A DNA stretch of 64,000 nt. Source: Intestinibacillus sp. (GTDB lineage: Bacteria; Bacillota; Clostridia; Oscillospirales; Butyricicoccaceae). Below the pieces are notes generated by a model. The model worked only from the letters and a program-made list of their open reading frames with translations, was not told the DNA's origin and made no database searches. Shown here one piece after another: positions 46,547 to 60,391 of this stretch (position 1 is its first letter; each line of letters begins with the position of its first letter). The stretch lies in assembly GCA_050255995.1 (NCBI GenBank), contig JBFWIM010000001.1, forward strand, positions 709-64,708, written 5' to 3'. The position numbers and the translations under genes are program-made.

Positions 46547-48697
46547 ATGAGTGCACTGTGTGAAGACGATATCAGCTATACGCAGAACCGTGAACTTTCC
46601 TGGCTGCGCTTTAACCAGCGCGTGCTGGAGGAAGCGCAGGACCCGGAGGTTCCGCTGTATGAACGCCTGAAATTCGTCTCCATCTTCGAAAGCAACCTTG
46701 ACGAATTTTTTATGATCCGTGTCGGCAGCTTAACGGACATCGCGCTCATGAAAGAGGAGCATGTCGACAATAAAAGCGGCTGGACGGCGGAGCGCCAGCT
46801 GAGCGAAATCTTCAGAGCTGTGGCGCCGCTCTATAAAAAGCGCGACAAAACCTTCAGCGAGGTCGAAACCGCCCTGCGCGGCTTTGGTGTGGCGCGCTGC
46901 CGTCCGGGCGATCTTTCCGGAGCGGATAAAAAGTTTTTGGATAAATATTTTGCGCATTATGTGCTGCCGGTGCTGTCGCCGCAGATCATCGACATGCACC
47001 ATCCGTTCCCGCATCTGGCGAACAACGTGCTGCATGTCATGCTGCGCATCAAAAGCGGCGGCCGCGCGGCGCTCGGTATTATCCCGGCGCCGCAGGCGCT
47101 GCCCCCGATGATATTCCTGGAAGGCGCGGGCGTGCGCTACGTGCTGACTGAGGAACTGCTGCTCGCGTACGCGGGGCAGGTCTTTGAAAAATGTGAAATT
47201 GAGCATGCGGCCATCATTGCAGTCACGCGCAACGCCGACATCAGTCCGGAGGACGAAGCGTTCGACGTGGACGGCGATTACCTGACCCACATGAAAAAGG
47301 TGCTCAAAAAACGCGCGCGCCTCGCGCCGGTGCGTCTGGAAATCCAGGGCGACCTGCCCGATGAGCTGATAGAAGAGCTTTGCGGCCGTCTGCGCATCGG
47401 CCATGCGCAGGTGTACCACAGCCGCGCGCCGCTCAAAATGGGTTATGTATTCAGCCTGGCGGATAAGCTGCCGGAGGGCTTTAAGATTACCTATCCGGAT
47501 TTTTCCCCACAGCCCTCGCCGATGGTGCGCCGCACCGAGCCGGTCATCCCGCAGATTTTGCGGCACGATATCCTGCTGCACTATCCCTACGAGAGCATGG
47601 AGCCGTTCCTCCGCCTGCTGCGCGAGGCCGCTGACGACCCGGCGGTCGTCAGCATCAAGATCACGATCTACCGGCTGGCCAGCACCTCCAAACTGATCGG
47701 CTATCTGACCGAAGCGGCGGAAAACGGCAAGGACGTGACCGCGCTTATGGAGCTGCGCGCCCGTTTTGACGAGGAGAACAACATGGGCTGGGCGGAGCGG
47801 CTTGAGGAGGCCGGCTGTACCGTGACGTACGGCATCGAAGGCTTCAAGGTACACTCTAAAATCTGTCTGATTACCCGCCAGACCGGCGGCGGCATCCAGT
47901 ATATCACGCAGATCGGCACAGGCAATTACAACGAAAAAACCGCCAAGCAATACACCGACCTCAGCCTGATGACAGCGGATCCGGGGATCGGCGCGGATGC
48001 GGCGGCATTCTTTAAGAATATGCTGATCGGCAATCTGGAGGGGGAGTACAGCCGTCTGCTCGTTGCGCCGGTCGGCCTTAAAAAGGGCATCCTGTCGCTG
48101 ATCGACGGCGAAATAGCAAAGGCCCGCGAGGGCGGCGAGGGCGATATCTTTTTCAAGCTCAATTCCCTGACCGACCGCGATATTCTGACAAAGCTGTCCG
48201 AGGCCAGCTGCGCGGGCGTGCGCATCCGTCTGCTGGTGCGCGGCATCTGCTGCCTGCTGCCCGGCGTCCCGGGCAAGACGGAGAATATCGAGGTGCATTC
48301 GGTCGTCGGCCGCTATCTGGAGCACGCTCGGGTCTATTGTTTTGGCAAGGGTTCGGAGCGGCAGTTCTATATCGGCTCGGCAGACCTGATGACGCGCAAT
48401 ACGGAAAAACGCGTCGAGATCGCCAGCCCGGTGTACAATATGGGCATTCAGCAGCGTCTGGTTGACATTCTGGAGACCCAGTGGCATGACAACATCAAGG
48501 CGCGTATCCTCCAGCCCGACGGGCGTTTAAAAAAGCCGGAGGGCGCAGCTTATACGCCGGTCGACTGCCAGCAGTTCTTCATCGATGAGGCCATCAAAAA
48601 TGCCGCGCATCCCATGTGGGAACCCGAACAGAAGGACGAAAACACAGCCGGATCCGGCGGCTTTTGGCAAAAGCTCCGGGCGCTGTTCCGGAACTGA
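46547..48697 (+). CDS. ppk1: Polyphosphate kinase 1
   Basis: NRELSWL.FN.RVL, SNLDEFFMIRV, ARFDEENN, GRYLEHAR. Confidence 0.97.
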   Translation: MSALCEDDISYTQNRELSWLRFNQRVLEEAQDPEVPLYERLKFVSIFESNLDEFFMIRVGSLTDIALMKEEHVDNKSGWTAERQLSEIFRAVAPLYKKRDKTFSEVETALRGFGVARCRPGDLSGADKKFLDKYFAHYVLPVLSPQIIDMHHPFPHLANNVLHVMLRIKSGGRAALGIIPAPQALPPMIFLEGAGVRYVLTEELLLAYAGQVFEKCEIEHAAIIAVTRNADISPEDEAFDVDGDYLTHMKKVLKKRARLAPVRLEIQGDLPDELIEELCGRLRIGHAQVYHSRAPLKMGYVFSLADKLPEGFKITYPDFSPQPSPMVRRTEPVIPQILRHDILLHYPYESMEPFLRLLREAADDPAVVSIKITIYRLASTSKLIGYLTEAAENGKDVTALMELRARFDEENNMGWAERLEEAGCTVTYGIEGFKVHSKICLITRQTGGGIQYITQIGTGNYNEKTAKQYTDLSLMTADPGIGADAAAFFKNMLIGNLEGEYSRLLVAPVGLKKGILSLIDGEIAKAREGGEGDIFFKLNSLTDRDILTKLSEASCAGVRIRLLVRGICCLLPGVPGKTENIEVHSVVGRYLEHARVYCFGKGSERQFYIGSADLMTRNTEKRVEIASPVYNMGIQQRLVDILETQWHDNIKARILQPDGRLKKPEGAAYTPVDCQQFFIDEAIKNAAHPMWEPEQKDENTAGSGGFWQKLRALFRN

Positions 48698-48722
48698 GAC
48701 GCCGCCTGCCACCGCACGATAT

Positions 48723-48762
48723 AAAACAGCCGCATCCCGTTGTCGAGGGGATGCGGCTGTTT
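48723..48762. terminator. Bidirectional terminator
   Basis: AAAACAGCCGCATCCC...GGGATGCGGCTGTTTT. Confidence 0.85.
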
Positions 48763-48808
48763 TGATCTGTGACCCGGGATCGCGAAGGCTTTCACACAAA
48801 GCCTGGGT

Positions 48809-50107
48809 TCACCGGCCAAAGTATGAGAAATGCATAAAATCGCGCTTGGAGCGCCAGGCATTGCCGCCCCACGAAAAACCATACTTTGTAAAGGCGTTGT
48901 ACACGTCCCCGCCCTCCGCAATGGAATAGGGATCCTCGCCGGGCGTCCAGTGCGTGCCACAGGTCGGGGTCAGGCTGCCGTCTGCATTGATCGTGGCCTC
49001 CATGTTCGCATCGTAGTTGATGTCGATCGCCGTGCCCCAGCGGTGTTCGCTCGTCGGGCTGGGTCGCCAGGCGTAGCTTCCGACGTCCTTAATCGGGAAC
49101 TTTTCGCCGCCGCTGTAAATCTCCTGGAAAACCGCCCGGTAGATCGGGGCGAGCGCGCGGTTGACCGTCACATAGGCCTTTCCGGTAGTTTTGCTGCCGT
49201 CCGGCTGCAGGCGCCAGACCGGCACCTCGATTTCGGTCATCGCGGCCTCGGCCTCTTCTTCCGTTGCAAAATATGTACCGCCTGTGCCAAAAACGAAGGC
49301 CATTTTTTCGGCCTCGGTCTTTGGCAGCGGGGAGGGGATGCCGCCGCTCTGTGCGAAATCCTTCATGTCGTCAAACACCTCGGCGGCGGAGGCCTCGGGA
49401 TCGCCGGCAGCGGTTGTGCCGGAGGAGACGCTTTGCCCGGCCTGCGCGGATTCGGCAGATGCAAAGGTGTTCGTAAAGCGCAGACCGAGCAGGAGCGCCT
49501 GCTCGCGCGTGGTTCTGCCGGTCGGGCTGAGGGCGACCACCTCCCGGGCCTCTCCGGTCTCGTCGGTCGTCAGTTTGGAAACGCCGCGGATGATCCCGCT
49601 GCCCAGCATGCGTTCGACCGCGCTTTTCGCCCAGGCAGCAACATCGCCGCGGTCGGGGTATTCGGAAAGGCTGTCCGGATCGGCCGCAGGGACGTCCAGC
49701 CCGGCGGCGTCGACGATGTTGTCCAGCGTTTTGCACAGCTCCTGCCGGGTAATCAGGCCGCCGGGGTCGAATACGCCGTCTCCGCGGCCGGAAACCAGGC
49801 CAAGCTCGTAAGCGGTCGCGACGTCCGCGCTGTCCGTGTCATCAAAGGGCGTCCCGGTGCTTTGCGGCGCCGTTTCGCCCGTGACCGCGGCGTACAGGCG
49901 CAGGGCGACGCCGCAGAATTCTTCGCGGGATATGCTGCCGGTTGCAGGCCGTTTCAGGAGGGTGACGGGCTCCAGGTCGGCCTTCTGCGCAGCGGCAACC
50001 TCGCTGACAGCCCAGCTGCTCACATCGGCAAGCGCCCATGCTGTGGGCGCGCCGGACAGTGCGGCGCCCACAGCGAGGACGGCGCACAACGCCTGTTTTG
50101 CATGCAT
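48809..50107 (-). CDS. SLH-domain surface protein with C-terminal M15-family peptidase
   Basis: Signal peptide; SLH repeats (ISREEF, GLVSGRGDG.F.P...ITRQE, TTREQA); SEHRWGTAIDIN...DFMHFS. Confidence 0.85.
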   Translation of the reverse strand: MHAKQALCAVLAVGAALSGAPTAWALADVSSWAVSEVAAAQKADLEPVTLLKRPATGSISREEFCGVALRLYAAVTGETAPQSTGTPFDDTDSADVATAYELGLVSGRGDGVFDPGGLITRQELCKTLDNIVDAAGLDVPAADPDSLSEYPDRGDVAAWAKSAVERMLGSGIIRGVSKLTTDETGEAREVVALSPTGRTTREQALLLGLRFTNTFASAESAQAGQSVSSGTTAAGDPEASAAEVFDDMKDFAQSGGIPSPLPKTEAEKMAFVFGTGGTYFATEEEAEAAMTEIEVPVWRLQPDGSKTTGKAYVTVNRALAPIYRAVFQEIYSGGEKFPIKDVGSYAWRPSPTSEHRWGTAIDINYDANMEATINADGSLTPTCGTHWTPGEDPYSIAEGGDVYNAFTKYGFSWGGNAWRSKRDFMHFSYFGR

Positions 50108-50330
50108 TGCAAGACTTCATCCTTTCTTTAAACGATCACATCATGTTAATGGAAATTACTTCAAGTCGAAAAACCACGAAAAAGCGCATAATTGCAATGG
50201 CGAAAAAACCAAACAAAAGACAAAAAGCAACGCGATATCAAAACTTATGCACAATTTCCACAGAGTTTTCCACAGGCGGGCGCGAGGATGTGGAAAGGAA
50301 CGGCCGATAACTCAGGGTAGACCGGCGAAT

Positions 50331-51857
50331 CTAAACACGGGGCAGCAGGCGGTCAAGCTGGCGGTACTGCAGCGCCTCGGCCAGATGTGCCCCGCTGATG
50401 GCCGCCGCGCCGTCCAGATCCGCGATGGTGCGGGCTACGCGCAGGATGCGGTCATGCGCGCGGGCGGTCAGCCCGAGCCGCTCGAACGCTGCGGCGAGCA
50501 TGTGCATCGCGTCTTCCTCCGCCGTGCACCATGCCGCCATGCGGTCAGGCGGAATGGCCGCGTTGCAGGCCACCTCCGTCCCGGCGAAGCGCGCGGCCTG
50601 CCGCGCCCGCGCTGCAAGCACCCGCTCACGGATGGCGGCGGAGGGCTCCTCGGCTGCCGTGCCGCGGGCGGCGAGCGCCTCGTATTTCACCGGCTGCACT
50701 GCGACCTGCAGATCGACGCGGTCGAGCAGGGGACCGGACAGCCGCTGCAGGTATTTTCTCACCTGTTCTGGGCGGCAGGTGCACCGTTCGGTGCCGTACC
50801 AGCCGCATTTGCAGGGATTCATCGCGCAGACCAGCATAAACCGCGCCGGGTAGTCCACCTGCCCCGCAACGCGGGAGATGGAAACGTGGCCGTCCTCCAG
50901 CGGCTGGCGCAGGGTCTCGAGCACGTCGCGGTGAAACTCCGGCAGCTCGTCCAGAAACAGCACGCCGCAGTGCGCGAGCGAAATTTCGCCCGGCCGGGGC
51001 AGCGTTTTTGCGCCGCCGCCCGTCATGCTGGCGGAAGAGACCGTATGATGCGGCGCGCGGAAGGGACGGCCCGCCATACGCGCGGCCTGCGCGCCCTGAC
51101 CGAGCGCGGACCAGACGCGGATGACCGAAAGCCGCTCCTCAGGCGAGAGTGGCGGCAGGATCGAGGGCAGGCGCCGCGCCATCATGCTCTTGCCCGAGCC
51201 GGGCGAGCCGGAGAGCAGCACGTTGTGCCCGCCCGCGGCAGCGATCTCAAGCGCGCGCTTGACGCCCTGCTGCCCCATGACGTGGGCAAAGTCCAGCGTA
51301 TGGTCTTCACGCGGAGGCGCTTCGGGCGGCGGACAGGGAGTAAGCTCACGCCGCCCCGCGAGATGATCGAGCAGCGCGGGCAAGTCGGGTGCGGGGTAGA
51401 CCGTGATGCCCTCGGCGTAGGCGGCCTCGGCGGCGTTGCCCTCCGGCAGGAACACCGCGCGGCAGCCGGCATCCCGCGCGGCAAGCGCCATGGACAGCGC
51501 GCCCGCCACCGGACGCAGCGCGCCGGTCAGCGACAACTCGCCGAAAAAGACGCAGTCGCGCGGGGGCTCGCCGATCTGACCGGAGGCGGCGAGCAGGCCG
51601 AGCAAAATCGGCAGGTCGTACACCGTGCCCTCCTTGCGCGTGTCGGCGGGGGCGAGATTGACCGTCACGCGGGAGACCGGCCAGTCGAAGGCGCAGCATT
51701 TCGCGGCGGCGCGCACGCGTTCGGCGGCCTCGGACACTGCGCCGGTCGGCAGACCCACCACGTCGAGACGGGGCAGGCCGTTTGACAGGAAGCACTCGAC
51801 CGCCACGAGATAGCCGTCGATGCCCCGGATGCCCGCGGCGCGCACTGTTGAAACCAT
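50331..51857 (-). CDS. comM: YifB/ComM Mg-chelatase-like AAA+ ATPase
   Basis: VVGLPTGAV.E..ERV, GSPGSGKSM, FRAPHH, LFLDELPEF, SGPLLDRVD. Confidence 0.93.
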   Translation of the reverse strand: MVSTVRAAGIRGIDGYLVAVECFLSNGLPRLDVVGLPTGAVSEAAERVRAAAKCCAFDWPVSRVTVNLAPADTRKEGTVYDLPILLGLLAASGQIGEPPRDCVFFGELSLTGALRPVAGALSMALAARDAGCRAVFLPEGNAAEAAYAEGITVYPAPDLPALLDHLAGRRELTPCPPPEAPPREDHTLDFAHVMGQQGVKRALEIAAAGGHNVLLSGSPGSGKSMMARRLPSILPPLSPEERLSVIRVWSALGQGAQAARMAGRPFRAPHHTVSSASMTGGGAKTLPRPGEISLAHCGVLFLDELPEFHRDVLETLRQPLEDGHVSISRVAGQVDYPARFMLVCAMNPCKCGWYGTERCTCRPEQVRKYLQRLSGPLLDRVDLQVAVQPVKYEALAARGTAAEEPSAAIRERVLAARARQAARFAGTEVACNAAIPPDRMAAWCTAEEDAMHMLAAAFERLGLTARAHDRILRVARTIADLDGAAAISGAHLAEALQYRQLDRLLPRV

Positions 51858-52138
51858 TTCGTCAAATCCCCCAAGCTTTCCTTTGTTCCGCGGCGAACCG
51901 CTATTTAATACCACTATAATACAAAAGTTGTAATTTGACAATTATTTTTACTTTCAGAAGGAAAAACCGCAAGATCTTTGTAGAAGTTTTGCCAAATAGC
52001 GGTTTACATGTGTGGCTTTTTTTGATAAAATAGATAAGGTTAAGTGTACTGCTTTCAGATTAGTGGCTGAGGGAATGCATCCGTCAGCCAGGCAAATACA
52101 ATTTCCGGCAGAGACCGGACAAGGAGGAATTTTTGATC

Positions 52139-55705
<3,567 letters not shown>

Positions 55706-55722
55706 TTTCATAGAATGAGTCC

Positions 55723-55810
55723 AAAAGGCCCGCAGGCATTTGCCTGCGGGCCTTTTTCCTGTAACAACAGAGCGCGGCGTGGAGATGCCTCCACGCCGCG
55801 CTCTGTTGTT
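55723..55810. terminator. Tandem hairpins between nifJ and the lacI-type gene
   Basis: AAAAGGCCCGCAGGCA-TT-TGCCTGCGGGCCTTTT, then a perfect 22-bp stem at 55763-55810. Confidence 0.85.
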
Positions 55811-55820
55811 TACCTGAATA

Positions 55821-56822
55821 TCAACGCCGTATAAATCCGACGGAGTCGCCCTCGACCAGCGTGCAGGGCAGCGCCAGACGCATTGGGCGGCGCACCTCCT
55901 TGCTCTCGATCGTGCGCATCAGCAGCCGGATGCCGGTCTCTGCCTGCAGCGCGCATTGCACGTCCACAGTCGTCAGCGTGGGATTGCTCATTTTGCCGAA
56001 CAGGCTGTTGTCAAAGCCGACCAACGCCACATCGTCCGGAATGGACAGTCCGCGCGCGCTGAGCGCTTTTGCCAGTACGATTGCTGTGTTGTCGTTGGCA
56101 CAGACAAAGGCCTCCGGCATTTCGGGCATTTTGCCAAGCGGCTCGGACAACGCTTCGCTGTCGTACTCCACAGGCATCGAGGTAATGGACCATGCGTCCG
56201 GACAGGGCAGTCCCAGGCGCATCATTTCGCCAATATATCCGAGATAGCGCTCAATGAAGGCGGTGCTGTGCGGAGTGTGACCGACAAAGCCGATACGGCG
56301 GTAGCCGCGCTCGTACAGATGCCGTACCGCAAGCCCTGACCCGTTCAGGTTATCCTCGATGACGGAGGTAACGCCCTCGTGCGCATACATGGTACCGATG
56401 GCAAGGACGGGCAGGCCGCAGGCCGCAGCCATCCGCGGGACTTGCGGGTCCATATCGCCCAGTAAAACCACGCCGCCAATGCCCCCGTCGATCAGGGACT
56501 GCCAGAACACTCTGGGGTTGCGCTCACAGTTTGTGCTGGAATAGACGGTCATCGTGCCGCCGTGCAACTGGATGTTTTGCAGGATGCGCTGCTGAAAGCT
56601 CATATAAAAGTAGGAGTCCTGGAGATTTTCCACCGTGGAGACAAGCGCAATCGTACGGTTTTCGCTTTTTGTGCGCGCTTCGACATAACCGAGCTCGCTC
56701 GCAATGCGCAACACGGTTTCACGAGTTTCGACTTTGACGGTCGGCATGTTGCGTAGGGCTTGTGAGACCGTGTTCACGGACACGCCCGCACGCTCTGCTA
56801 TTGTTTTCATCGTAACTTTCAT
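55821..56822 (-). CDS. LacI-family transcriptional regulator
   Basis: VTMKTIAERAGVSVNTVSQAL HTH; CANDNTA; VGFDN; PTLTTV. Confidence 0.93.
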   Translation of the reverse strand: MKVTMKTIAERAGVSVNTVSQALRNMPTVKVETRETVLRIASELGYVEARTKSENRTIALVSTVENLQDSYFYMSFQQRILQNIQLHGGTMTVYSSTNCERNPRVFWQSLIDGGIGGVVLLGDMDPQVPRMAAACGLPVLAIGTMYAHEGVTSVIEDNLNGSGLAVRHLYERGYRRIGFVGHTPHSTAFIERYLGYIGEMMRLGLPCPDAWSITSMPVEYDSEALSEPLGKMPEMPEAFVCANDNTAIVLAKALSARGLSIPDDVALVGFDNSLFGKMSNPTLTTVDVQCALQAETGIRLLMRTIESKEVRRPMRLALPCTLVEGDSVGFIRR

Positions 56823-57298
56823 ATGATTTTTGGTCTCCTTATCGGTGATCATCCCTGATATTACTATTATGATTCAAGACGGCTGCGTTGTCAAGAAATA
56901 CCCGAATGCAACAATTCCCGCGCAGGTGTGGCTGAATGGCGGAAATGATCGAATCAATATGAAAAAGCCAAAAGCAATTGTGGGATTTATGAAAATTCAT
57001 ATAGATTTATCTTGCAGGATGCTGTATGTAAATTTAACTGGGGCAAATTCGTGCATATTGCCTACAATCAAGCTCGAAAAATAAATTGACTTTGTATATT
57101 AATTATGATAAATTCAATACACAACAGATAATTAATTGATAAATACATTAATTATTGTGTACGTTAATATTAATAAGGTGCGAATGAATAGATCCGGTTA
57201 GTCTTGTTGTTTTCGGTAGGATACCGGTTTCATAAGTCAAATCACCATTTAAAATCGCCGGATAACGGCAAAACATCAAAGAAAGAGGAGAAAGCAAG

Positions 57299-58351
57299 AT
57301 GAAAAAGAGAGTATTATCCCTGGTGTTTGCGGGCGCGATGCTCGCGGGTACAATGGCAGGCTGCGGCGGCTCCGGCGCACAGAAGACCGGCACGGCCGCA
57401 GACGCGCCACAGGCTGCGCAGACCAGCGACGGGGGCAGCACAGCTGCCAGCGGCAAGACCTATAAGATCGGTATGTGCATGGCCCGCCGCGATCAGTTCC
57501 AGACCACGATTGAAATGAACGCCAAGGCGCGCGCCGAAGAGCTGGGCGTGGATCTGGTCGTATTCGATGCAAACGACGATATTACGATGCAGCTGACACA
57601 GATTCAGACCTGCGTCAACGATGGATACGACGCCATCATCACGGCGTGCATTGACAGCGCATCCACCAGCGAAATGGTCGAAGCGGGCGGCGATCTGCCG
57701 ATGGTATTCTTCTGCCGCGGTGCGGAATATGATAAGCTGCGGGAAGGCAAGGACGTTTATGTCGGCTGCGAGCAGTGGGACGGCGGCGCAATGCAGGCCA
57801 ATTACTTAACGGACTATGCCAAGAGCAAGGGCATGAAGGAAATGAACGTCGTGCTGTTCCTGGGGCAGCTCGGCAACGAGGGCACGATCGGCCGTACCGA
57901 CGCGTTCAAGCAGACGATGGAAGACAACGGCATTAAGGTCAATTATGTGTTTGAGGACACGGCGGAATGGGACCGTGCCAAGGCAATGGATAAGTTCACA
58001 CAGTTCTTGGGCACCGGCAAGCCCTATGACGCGATTGTTGCGAACAATGATGACATGGCGCTCGGCTGCATCGAAGCGATCACCAGCACCGGCGGCAAAG
58101 TAGAAGTACCGGTACTCGGCGTGGACGCGACCGAGGGCGCGTGCATGGCAATTAAGGAAGGCACAATGTCCATGTCCGCAAGCCAGAACGGCTATGCAAT
58201 GGGTCGCGGCTGCGTGGATTCCGCCATCGCGCTGATTGAGGGCAAGCAGCCGGAGGGACTGGAAGATAAGGTTATGGTTCCGATTCCGTTTGAACTGATT
58301 GATGCTTCCAATGCAGACAAAATGCTGGAGCAGCTGCAGAGCACTACCTGA
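57299..58351 (+). CDS. Sugar ABC transporter substrate-binding lipoprotein (MglB/RbsB-like), orphan
   Basis: Lipobox MAGC; ANNDDMALG; VLGVDAT; no permease or ATPase adjacent. Confidence 0.9.
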   Translation: MKKRVLSLVFAGAMLAGTMAGCGGSGAQKTGTAADAPQAAQTSDGGSTAASGKTYKIGMCMARRDQFQTTIEMNAKARAEELGVDLVVFDANDDITMQLTQIQTCVNDGYDAIITACIDSASTSEMVEAGGDLPMVFFCRGAEYDKLREGKDVYVGCEQWDGGAMQANYLTDYAKSKGMKEMNVVLFLGQLGNEGTIGRTDAFKQTMEDNGIKVNYVFEDTAEWDRAKAMDKFTQFLGTGKPYDAIVANNDDMALGCIEAITSTGGKVEVPVLGVDATEGACMAIKEGTMSMSASQNGYAMGRGCVDSAIALIEGKQPEGLEDKVMVPIPFELIDASNADKMLEQLQSTT

Positions 58352-58507
58352 TGATAACATCTTCTCCGTTCTTATCCTCTCCATAAGGGCGAGAATACTT
58401 CTCTTCCGCAAGAGCCGTGGCGTTTGCCACGGCTCTTGCTATTCGGCTGGCATTGACATTTTATAAATTTCTGTTATTCTGTTAAAAAAGGAAAAGGAGA
58501 ATTGACC

Positions 58508-59065
58508 ATGCCCTGGTGCCCAAAATGTCACGCGGAATACCGCGAAGGCTTTACCACGTGCGTGGACTGTCATGTACCGCTGACAGACCGAAAGCCGGAG
58601 GGAAGCCCGCAGCCAACGGATGAAGCGGCACCCGGTCTGTCGCTGATGGATCCGGTTGTCGTATATGAAGCGAAAGACGCCGGAGATGCCGCTATGATCT
58701 GTGAAATGCTGCGCAATGCGGATATTCCGGCGTCAATGCGCGACAGCGAGGAAATCGGCGGGTTGCTCCGGGTTTATACCGGCTCATCGTTTTATGGGAT
58801 GAGCGTCCTGGTCGATCGGTCGCAGGCTGAACAGGCGCGCGAAGCGCTGCGGGTCTGGGCTGAACAGGATGCGAACGCCCCGGTTTCCGAGGAAGAGCTC
58901 ACACGTCAGGCGCTTTCCGGGTTATCGGAGGATGAGCTGGTCGACCAGGCAGAAACTGCCCCGCCGCAAATGATGGAGAGCAACACTGCCTACAAAATAG
59001 CAAAGTGGGTAGCCATTATCATGCTGGTTATTGCGGCGCTGCTACTCTTTTGGGGTGGCAGATGA
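58508..59065 (+). CDS. Zinc-ribbon plus DUF2007-like protein with C-terminal TM
   Basis: CPKC...CVDC; central EMLRNADIP...VLVD; hydrophobic C-terminus. Confidence 0.75.
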   Translation: MPWCPKCHAEYREGFTTCVDCHVPLTDRKPEGSPQPTDEAAPGLSLMDPVVVYEAKDAGDAAMICEMLRNADIPASMRDSEEIGGLLRVYTGSSFYGMSVLVDRSQAEQAREALRVWAEQDANAPVSEEELTRQALSGLSEDELVDQAETAPPQMMESNTAYKIAKWVAIIMLVIAALLLFWGGR

Positions 59066-59076
59066 AGATACCGCAC

Positions 59077-59110
59077 AAAAAAGAGGACGCAAGATTGCGT
59101 CCTCTTTTTT
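59077..59110. terminator. Bidirectional terminator
   Basis: AAAAAAGAGGACGCAA-GA-TTGCGTCCTCTTTTTT. Confidence 0.85.
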
Positions 59111-59128
59111 AATATTTTGGGTACACCT

Positions 59129-60391
59129 TTAAATATTATCAAACAGATGCGTGAAATCGAAGGTGGAGAAGTAATCCGCCGGGGTCTCTGCGCGGCGAAT
59201 CAGCTCGGACGAGCCGTCCTCCTTCAGCAGAACCTCCGCGGAACGAAGCTTTCCGTTGTAATTGTAGCCCATGGAGAAGCCGTGCGCGCCGGTATCATGA
59301 ATGCACAGATAGTCGCCGATTGCAATTTCGGGCAGCATACGGTCAATGGCAAACTTGTCATTGTTTTCGCACAGGCCGCCAGTCACATCGTACTTGTGGT
59401 CGCAGGGGGTGTTCTCCTTGCCCAGCACGGTGATGTGATGATACGCGCCGTACATGGCGGGACGCATCAGGTTGGCCGCACAGGCGTCGCAGCCGATGTA
59501 TTCCTTGTAGGTGTGCTTCTGGTGGATGCATTTGGTGATCAGGCAGCCGTAAGGCGCCAGGATAAAACGGCCCATTTCGGTATAAATCGCCACATCGCCC
59601 ATGCCCGCAGGGACGAGAATATCGTCAAACGCCTTGTGCACGCCCGCGCCGATAGCGAGGATGTCGTTCGGCTGCTGCCCGGGACGATAGGGAATGCCGA
59701 CGCCGCCGGACAGGTTGATGAAAGCGATGTGCACGCCGGTTTCCTTTTGCAGTTCCACCGCAGTCTGGAACAGGATGCGGGCAAGCGCCGGATAATATTC
59801 ATTTGCAACGGTGTTGGAAGCCAGGAAAGCGTGAATGCCGAAATGCTTGACGCCCTTGTCGCGGAGCTTCAGGAACGCTTCGGTCATCTGGCGGCGGGTC
59901 ATGCCGTATTTGGCCTCGGACGGGGTGTCCATGATCTCGTTGTTAATCTTAAAGTCGCCGCCCGGATTAAAACGGCACGACACCGTTTCCTGGAACGGGG
60001 CGACTGTTTCGTAGAAATCGATGTGCGTGATATCGTCGAAGTTGACGATCGCGCCGAGCTCGGCGGCGAGCTTGAAATCTTCAGCCGGGGTCACGTTTGA
60101 CGAGAACATGATGTTGTGGCCGGTCAGACCGACCGCGCGGGACATCAGCAGCTCGGTATAGCTGGAGCAGTCCGCGCCAAAGCCCTCCTCGCCCAGGATC
60201 TGGAGAAGGCGTGGATTCGGCGTAGCCTTGACGGCGAAATATTCCTTAAAGCCCGGATTCCAGGCAAACGCCTGGCGGACCTTGCGGGCATTTTCACGGA
60301 TGCCCTTTTCATCATAAAGGTGGAACGGCGTGGGATAAGTCTGTGCAAGTTCCTGCACCTGCTGCAGGGTGACAAAGGGCTTCTTTTCCAT
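59129..60391 (-). CDS. lysA: Diaminopimelate decarboxylase
   Basis: FAVKA, INLSGG, GGLCENND, GAHGFSMGYNYN; true start ATG 60391. Confidence 0.92.
   Translation of the reverse strand: MEKKPFVTLQQVQELAQTYPTPFHLYDEKGIRENARKVRQAFAWNPGFKEYFAVKATPNPRLLQILGEEGFGADCSSYTELLMSRAVGLTGHNIMFSSNVTPAEDFKLAAELGAIVNFDDITHIDFYETVAPFQETVSCRFNPGGDFKINNEIMDTPSEAKYGMTRRQMTEAFLKLRDKGVKHFGIHAFLASNTVANEYYPALARILFQTAVELQKETGVHIAFINLSGGVGIPYRPGQQPNDILAIGAGVHKAFDDILVPAGMGDVAIYTEMGRFILAPYGCLITKCIHQKHTYKEYIGCDACAANLMRPAMYGAYHHITVLGKENTPCDHKYDVTGGLCENNDKFAIDRMLPEIAIGDYLCIHDTGAHGFSMGYNYNGKLRSAEVLLKEDGSSELIRRAETPADYFSTFDFTHLFDNI

Noticed and set aside
51980-52010. Possible Rex operator upstream of nifJ
   Set aside because: TTGTAGAAGTTTTGCCAA is too far from TTGTGAA-N4-TTCACAA to support.
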